64,000 bases of DNA from Babesia bigemina. Its lineage: Eukaryota. Positions 57,152 to 64,000 of this stretch are shown piece by piece. The notes beneath the pieces are model-generated. The model saw only the letters and a list, made by a program, of their open reading frames with translations. It did no database searches and was not told the origin of the DNA. The DNA lies in assembly GCF_000981445.1 (NCBI RefSeq), contig NC_027218.1:1798001-1862000 (forward strand), written 5' to 3'. The position numbers and the translations under genes are program-made. Each line of letters starts with the position of its first letter. Within the stretch, counting starts at the first letter, position 1.

Positions 57152-59229
57152 ATGTTTTGCGCCGTGGCCCGGTTCGCCAAGCAGCGGCTGACGACGCGGA
57201 TATACGATGCCGGCACGAAAGCGTCGCTCAAGGTCTACCACCTGCAGGAATACGCGAGGTACCGAGCGGGGCTGACGCCCTCGGGGTCGCCAGGCGATTC
57301 CACGGCTCCGGGCAGAGGTGTACGCCCGGATGCAGCGCGGGACATACCGCTGTTTCGGAAGATCGAGGACTGGAGGCAAATAGTCGCAGAAGTCGATGAC
57401 TGCGTCCGTGACCTATCGCCCGCGCAGCTGCTCGCGACGGCGATCGCGTACTGGCGGCTGGGACGCGTTGGGCGCTCCGAGTGGAAGCGGCTCTGCTCGG
57501 CGGCGGCGCGGCACGCCTACGGACCACATGCAAACGTCACCGGCATATCCGCCAGCGAGGTCGCGCTGATACTGTGCTGCTACGCCCGCGTGTTCAACAA
57601 GCCGGTGCATTCCTCAACCAGCCTGCTGCGCTGGCTGGTGCGCGACGTCGGCAGGCTGAACGAACGTGACGTATGCATGACGCTCTTCTACATGAGGCGG
57701 ATGCGCGCCGTACCGCCGGTGCTGGACACCTCGGAGAAGTCTTCAGGTGCAGCGATGCTGAGGGCGATCGTGCTGGGCCTGGCTGCGGAGGGCGGCAACA
57801 AGCTGCCCAAGTTCTCCCCCGGCGGCCTGGCATGCCTGGTGTCGAACATCACCTACATCGGACATATACCGTGGGGGTTGATGTACCACGCGTGCAACCT
57901 CATACGCAAACACGCCGCAAGGCTGGACGCTAAAACCATGGCAATGCACCTCAGGTCGCTCGCCATGCTGCGCTTCCCCGACAAGGGCACGCTCAAGGCG
58001 TTCGCGACGCGTCTCGACACCACGAAGCCGCTGCCCACCGCGACCATCACGTGTATACTGCACTCGTACGCGAAGCTGAGGTTCAGGCCGCGCAAACATT
58101 TCGGGGGGCTCTTCGAGCAGGTGCAAAAGTGGGTGGTTGTCGGCAGCTGGTTCGCAAATGCGTTCAGGGGGATATTCCTGTTCCAGGACCACGAAGTCGC
58201 CCAGGTGGCATTTGCCCTGGGGCAGTTGGGGTATCGCAACGAGGATGTTTTTGAGAGCATCTGCGCTTTCTCGGAGGTACGGGGCGCCGCAAAATATTAT
58301 CACAGCGCCGCAGGCTCGAGCAGAACAACAGAACCCACAGAACATCTCAATGCTCATGCAGTCGTTTGCCAAAGTCGGCATATACCGTCGTGAAGCCGTG
58401 GATGCGCTTGTGCGGCAGGCGAAGGACACCGTGGTATGTGGCCAATGACGCACAGCCGATACACGCCGATGTTCAGGCCGCCTTCACGCTTAAGCAGAGC
58501 GTGGCGGTGCTAGACTCCTGTGTAGTGCTTGGGCACTTCGATAGTGACGTTTTCCGCGCACTGCTGGCCAACGTGACGAGGCTCGTTGAGGTGGGTTGGG
58601 CTCTCGAGTTCTCAACACGCCGAAGGATGACCTCCCGGACGGCCTTATAAACCAGCTCAACCGGATCATGTACTGCCTGCGGTTCGAGGTAACACATGTG
58701 TAATTAGGGTATTGGGGTAAATGGTGTGCAGCACGCCAAATTCGTGGAGGAGTGCCCGCCGAGCATGCAGACCCTGATCGGTCTCTACCAGGGGCACTTT
58801 TTGGAGGCGCCGCCCAAAGAGGTGAGTCACAAATAAGAGTCACACAAACATTATTCAACAGCCTAGGGATGCACTCTACGAGTGTCTAGAGATGATGGAC
58901 GTGAAGTACGAACGCAATGCATCAATAGGGCCCTACCGCATCGATGCGCTTGTTAACGGGTGGGCACCTCTACTCATGTAGCACAAGCATCATCTACTCA
59001 GGTCGATAGCGCTTGAACTGCTCAGCGAAGCTGCGTTGTGCCCACTGATGCAGCAGCCGCTCGGGTCGGTGCGCCTGAAAACAAGACACATGGAGGCCAT
59101 GGGATACACGCACACTACACTGCCGATGAAAGAGTGGTTAGCTTATTAAGTCCACGTGGCAACTGGTTCAGGCTCCGGAGGCCACAAGAGGAGCGGATAA
59201 CGCGCCTCGAAGAGGCATTAGCCCTGTAG
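57152..59229 (+). CDS. RAP-domain / helical-repeat RNA-binding protein, multi-exon
   Basis: HPR-like repeats (SPAQLLATAIAYWRL, SASEVALILCCYARV, DHEVAQVAFALGQL, PQNISMLMQSFAKV) and a C-terminal RAP-like GPYRIDAL..IALEL..LKTRHMEAMGY. Confidence 0.78.
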
Positions 59230-59231
59230 AC

Positions 59232-59835
59232 TCACTTTGAATTTGTCTGCACAATTTTAGATAAAACGATGCCAAACTTACAGGTGTCATCCATGTGCGG
59301 CGACACAGTAGCGGACAGGCCCAGCGCCGCCAGGCAGCCGCGCACGATGCCCGCCAGCAGGTGCAAATAGAAGAGCTTGTAGTCCTCGGAGAAACCCAAG
59401 CCGTCGCTGCCGCCGGCAACGGGGGCCCGCGCTCCCAGATGCGACAGCCATGGAATCTGGTCGCACATGATTATGTAAGTGCCCTGGCTGTTCGATTGCA
59501 GGCGCCCGGCGTTTGTTCCGAACAGGTAAGTCCACACATTCTTGCAGACAAAAATGACGCAGGTGTTCTGATCCCAGATACGACCCTTTCCTAGCGTCAG
59601 CCTAAAGCGCTGTTCATCTCATAAGTCACTTAACCCACCGTGTAGCGATCCTGGCGCCCAAGTAGTAGCCGTGAAGGTCGAGCGCCGCCTTCACGGACGC
59701 GTGTCCATCTGACGATTGCGATTGAGGTTCCGCGGACTGCGGCGACGACGAGCGTTTGCGCAACGAGCGGGCCAGGTAGTACTTCACCAGCTCGTGGATG
59801 AGCAGCAGCTGCACGTGCTTCGCCGCGGTCGCCAT
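59232..59835 (-). CDS. TRAPPC6: TRAPP complex subunit 6 (Trs33, Bet3 family), multi-exon
   Basis: LLIHELV..LDLHGYYLGARI / FVCKNVWTYLFG..LQSNSQGTYII.D / LAGIVRGCLAALG. Confidence 0.85.
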
Positions 59836-61072
59836 CGCAGCGGAGGGATGCACACTGCCAACAACGGCGTGCCGCTGCCTTCGGCCTGCTGCAGCGACAG
59901 AAGTAACCGCGCAGTTATGATACAGCAAAGGCACTTAGCACGATTGCTATTCCATGTTAGCGCTGCGGGCCCAGGGATGTGTCGACACGCACTGTGTCTT
60001 CCCACACAATCAGCATCGCGTCATCACGCTGACGCGGTTGGCGCGTCGCCGTTTAGCCATGCTGGCAGCCAGAAGGTGCGAAGTTATCTATCTTGCACGA
60101 CTACTGAGTGATGCGGCTTTTGGTTCAAGCAATAGTCTAAGTGGACGCCCATCAGACAAGGCCGTTGACGTTGGACGTGGTTGTTGATATCGAGACAATG
60201 CGGCCGTTACGCTTGCATCTAACAACCCAGATTGCTGCAAGATGTACGATGCTTGACGTTAGGTTAACGGACGCCGAGCCTGACGACACTTTGCTCACAT
60301 ACGCCGAGGCGCTAAACAGCTCCGCCTAATACCATGACATTTGCGCAGCGGAAATGTTAGATATATGTATGCCAATATTTAGCTTGCGCGATCAACGTAC
60401 AGTTACAGCGCCATTTGGAACGAACAGGATACGTCAAAGTACGGAGGACTCCATTAACTCCGTAACGTTCACAACGATGACATCAGCGACAACAAGGTAA
60501 ATCGTGTATATCAAGTACACATACACGATACATAACCCAACTGTATCATGAACAAACACAGTGGGAAATTGGCATGAAACGGGCACACTACGTGGAAGGG
60601 GTACGCTCGAACATAGGTCGGCCAAACGCCGAGTCACCTCAATCGCACATTAAGCAGCTGAACACCGCGACCGAATCTTACAACCATTACGATTGAAATT
60701 TCGGTTGGCTGACGGTGAATAACCCGCAAAGCGTCGACACAACCGGCCGCCGCCCTTATAGGGTAGAGGCTGCCGGAATCATGGGGACGACGAGAACGGA
60801 CGACTACTGCCATTCAACACCTCACCTTTTGCCTTCATTAATTTAGGTACGTTGCGTGCAGTATCTTAGTGGTCCTCGAGGGGCGTTGGAGCGCGTGCGT
60901 CGGTTTTACGGGCGCACGCGCCGCCGCCGGGTAGTGCCGCTGGTGTATCCGCCGCGAGCTCGCGCGCAATGCGACGCGACTGGCGCATCAGCCCCCGTCA
61001 ATACAATTGCGAAATACGTTGGTGGCTCATGTTCCTGCAGATCGCGCACAGCCGCGTAGAAGGTCTGACAAG

Positions 61073-61553
61073 ATGACGACCAGGTTCAAGAACTGCCGCA
61101 AACTCAGGGGCCACGTGTCCCATGGTCACGGAAGGGTTGGCAAGCATCGTAAGCACCCCGGTGGTCGTGGTAAGGCCGGTGGTCAGAGCCACCACCGTAT
61201 TCTTTTCGACAAGTTCCACCCTGGTTACTTCGGAAAGGTAAGGTGCGAGCGCGCAACGCAGCCATCACGCGCAGGTCGGTATGAGGTACTTCCACAAGAT
61301 CAAGAACCGCTTCTACTGCAAGACCGTCAACGTCGAGAACCTCTGGTCCATGGTCCCCAAGGAGGACGTTGAGGCCGTCGCCCAGGAGCCCGGAAAGGCC
61401 CCGGTGCTCGACCTCGTGCAGAGGGGGTACTTCAAGGTCCTGGGAACCGGAAAGATGCCCCAGAAGCCGCTCGTTGTCAAGGCCAGGTTCTTCAGCAAGC
61501 TCGCTGAGAGGAAGATCAAGGCTGCCGGAGGAGCATGCGTCCTCGTGGCTTAA
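61073..61553 (+). CDS. RPL27A: 60S ribosomal protein L27a (uL15), 2 coding exons
   Basis: [36 protein letters not shown] / [32 protein letters not shown]. Confidence 0.97.
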
Positions 61554-61644
61554 TCGGTGACGCCCCAACATCTGCCTAATCGTGGTAACATTCATACATT
61601 ACACGACAGTTTCACGTATAAGCGGCGGTGTGCGGTACCGGCGC

Positions 61645-64000
61645 TCACCGCAGAAGCGGGTTGGGGTTGTAAGGCACGATGGCCGTGCTCTTCGAAGGCT
61701 GGGTCGGCGTCGCGGTTGACGTGGACTGCCCGAACAGGCCACCAGTGTTCTGCTGGCCAAACAGCGATGTAGAGTTGCCAGCGCCGCCAAATAGGCCGCC
61801 ACCCGTGGTGCCAGGCTGCTGGCCGAAGACATTGCCAGTTGCGGGAGTCTGCTGCTGCTGCCCGAAGACAGTGCCAGTTGTGTTCGGCTGTTGTTGTTGG
61901 CCGAAGACATTGCCAGTTGCGGGAGTCTGCTGTTGCTGGCCGAAGGTGAATGTCGTGGACGGCTGCGTCGTGGTCGTGTTGCCGAAGAGGCCCCCGGTAG
62001 TGGTTCCAGGCTGTTGAGCGAATACGTTTGTAGTCGTGGCAGGCTGCTGTTGTCCGAACAGGCCCGTGCCCGTAGTTGGCTGCTGGCCAAAGAGGCCTCC
62101 CGTTGCGCCCTGCTGCTGCTGCTGTGGCCTGAAGAGGCCGCCGGAGGCAGCAGGCTGCTGTTGACCGAACAGCCCGCCCGTGGTGTTGGTCTGTTGCCCA
62201 AACAATCCTCCCGATGTCGACGGCTGCTGTTGGCCGAACAGGCCTCCCGATGAAGCTGGCTGCTGCCCGAAGACATTGCCAGTTGTGTTCGGCTGCTGTT
62301 GTTGGCCGAAGGTGGGAGTGGAGCCCGCTCCGAAAATACCTGTGGTGGTAGACGTGCCAGTGGCGCCTGCTCCGAACACGTTGGGTGTGCCTGAGGTACC
62401 GGTGGCGGCACCGCCAAAAACGTTCGGTGCGCCTGTTGCTCCAGGAGCGAAAGCATTGGTGCCGGTTCCTGCGGGGGCGAATACATTGGTGCCTGCTCCT
62501 CCTGGGGCAAACACGTTCGTGCCTGTTCCTGCGGGGGCAAACACATTGGTTCCTGTTCCTCCTGGAGCGAACACATTCGTGCCTGTCGATCCGGGGGCGA
62601 ATACGTTGGTTCCTGTTCCTGCGGGGGCAAAGACATTCGTGCCTGTTCCTCCGGGAGCGAATACATTTGTTCCTGTTGCAGCAGTTGTCGAACCGCCAAA
62701 CAGGGTGCTTCCGGTAGTTCCAGCAGTGCTACCGAACACGTTGGTGGTGCCTGCCGGTTTAGAAGCAGCGCCAAACAAGTTGCTGCCGCCGGTGTTGCCG
62801 AACAGGCCTCCAGAGTTGGCCGTTGATCCTCCAAATAAGGGCGTCGTGGTAGACCCTGCAGTGCCTGCTCCAAACAAACCGGTCGACGGTTGCGTTGCGC
62901 CGAACAGTTGTGAGTTGGTAGGCGGTTGCGTGGGCTGCTGCAGAATCTCGCGGATGTTGTAACCGGACTGGTCAAGGTTGTAGCTGCCAGTCTCGCGGAA
63001 CGCGGTGTTGAACTTTCGCAGGTAAGCAATCTGCTTCTTGATCTCGTTACCGGTGTCGCTGCTGGAAGTCGCTATTGGCTCGCCTTCGCTTGCAGGGGGG
63101 CGGATGGGAAGGCCCACTGCTGTCAGGAAGGCCTTCTTCAACTCGCTGGGTTCGTCGGCCACGCCGCTCCAAAGCTCTTCACGGTTGCGGGATTTATCAT
63201 CCATGCCCCTAAGTGCCTTTGTTAGACGGTCGCCGATCGTGGAGATGCGTTTCTCGTGACTGCTAAGGACGCGATTCACCGTGGTCACGTACTGCGACAA
63301 GTCGATGTCCTTCAGCGACAGCACCTCCATATTAAGCACGTGGATCTCGTTGCGCCACGAACGGATGTTATCAAGCAGCTCCTTGGTCAGCTGCACGTGC
63401 AGGTGGTTGGGGACGCGGAACATCGCGGAAATCTTGCTCCCCCTCGGGGTCTCGTTTGGGCGCAGGGACTCCGACAGGCGCCTTGCCTTTATGGAAAGCA
63501 GGTTCTGCGCATCCTGGCGCTTGCAGCGGTCGTTCACCTCGTGCTGCAGCTTTGTTTGTAACAGGCTTATGCCGTTAAGCGAGTTCTTGATCTCGTCATG
63601 CGATTGCCAGCACTGCGCGTCGAGCTCCACCAGCCGGTCGACCATGGGCCGCACCTTCGCGATGTTCTTCTCGTGCGCAGTCAGAAGCAGGTCGGCCACG
63701 TCGAAATGGCCGCGCCATTGCGGGATGAGCTGAGTCAACAGACGCACAGAGCAACGGGAGTTGACCTTCTGCGGGATGGCGCTGACAGCGGGCGCAGGCT
63801 GGCCGAATCCGCCGCCACCCACCTTGTTAGCGGCGCCGAAGGTCACCGCAGCACCCGGTGTAGATGAAGCGCCGAACTGTCCGATGCCGCTGGAAACGGT
63901 TGTGCCGGTACTGGTGCCGAAGGCAGGCGTGCTAGCAGTGTTCAACGACGTCGTGCCGCTGGAGCCGAAAATAGGCACAGTGTTGGCTCCCGAAGCCGGA
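61645..64000 (-). CDS. FG-repeat nucleoporin with central coiled coil (5'-partial)
   Basis: GGLFG/NVFG/PAFG repeats on both sides of a ~200-aa helical region; the frame stays open to the window edge. Confidence 0.8.
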   Translation of the reverse strand, partial: PASGANTVPIFGSSGTTSLNTASTPAFGTSTGTTVSSGIGQFGASSTPGAAVTFGAANKVGGGGFGQPAPAVSAIPQKVNSRCSVRLLTQLIPQWRGHFDVADLLLTAHEKNIAKVRPMVDRLVELDAQCWQSHDEIKNSLNGISLLQTKLQHEVNDRCKRQDAQNLLSIKARRLSESLRPNETPRGSKISAMFRVPNHLHVQLTKELLDNIRSWRNEIHVLNMEVLSLKDIDLSQYVTTVNRVLSSHEKRISTIGDRLTKALRGMDDKSRNREELWSGVADEPSELKKAFLTAVGLPIRPPASEGEPIATSSSDTGNEIKKQIAYLRKFNTAFRETGSYNLDQSGYNIREILQQPTQPPTNSQLFGATQPSTGLFGAGTAGSTTTPLFGGSTANSGGLFGNTGGSNLFGAASKPAGTTNVFGSTAGTTGSTLFGGSTTAATGTNVFAPGGTGTNVFAPAGTGTNVFAPGSTGTNVFAPGGTGTNVFAPAGTGTNVFAPGGAGTNVFAPAGTGTNAFAPGATGAPNVFGGAATGTSGTPNVFGAGATGTSTTTGIFGAGSTPTFGQQQQPNTTGNVFGQQPASSGGLFGQQQPSTSGGLFGQQTNTTGGLFGQQQPAASGGLFRPQQQQQGATGGLFGQQPTTGTGLFGQQQPATTTNVFAQQPGTTTGGLFGNTTTTQPSTTFTFGQQQQTPATGNVFGQQQQPNTTGTVFGQQQQTPATGNVFGQQPGTTGGGLFGGAGNSTSLFGQQNTGGLFGQSTSTATPTQPSKSTAIVPYNPNPLLR
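62431..62670 (-). repeat. 30-nt coding repeat x8 (GTNVFAP[GA]xx)
   Basis: Direct 30-nt periodicity within the nucleoporin gene. Confidence 0.93.

Noticed and set aside
59954..60637. Short ORFs between TRAPPC6 and RPL27A
   Set aside because: Short, lacking codon bias, and could not be joined into a plausible gene.
1..64000. tRNA, rRNA, transposase or telomeric repeats
   Set aside because: None recognised by eye; a tRNAscan/Rfam run would be needed to exclude them formally.

Overview
Eukaryotic, gene-dense DNA from a piroplasmid apicomplexan. A Babesia sensu stricto species is inferred from the 6-Cys gene, VESA-like gene, apicoplast-targeted ValRS and Cpn20, insert-bearing Rab5A and many ~33-42 nt GT-AG introns. 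From ~1.8 to 12.9 kb lies a lower-GC accessory island with long intergenic spacers: an intronless multi-domain 6-Cys gene, a VESA-N-like protein with a 16-aa acidic repeat and Lys-rich tail, a tandem pair of unrecognised small secreted basic proteins duplicated with their flanks, and a small TM protein. From ~13 kb onward is a GC-rich housekeeping block. It holds an HPR-like protein, Rab5A, HAP2/GCS1, a PHD-finger protein, apicoplast ValRS, a UBL-PI4K, a Stum/SPEC3-like protein, three TRAPP subunits (C4, C2, C6), eIF3k, beta-adaptin, eL30, eIF3h, cytosolic IleRS, Cpn20, a Trf4-like polymerase, a C2/coiled-coil protein, a RAP protein, uL15 and a partial FG-nucleoporin. The best novelty leads are the secreted-protein pair, a 31-bp palindrome-bearing array upstream of an orphan gene, a long structured Cpn20 intron, near-abutting convergent gene ends (including Rab5A/HAP2) and the Nup58-like protein with non-FG 'NVFAP' repeats. 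All calls come from reading the sequence by eye; no searches were run and exon boundaries are inferred.
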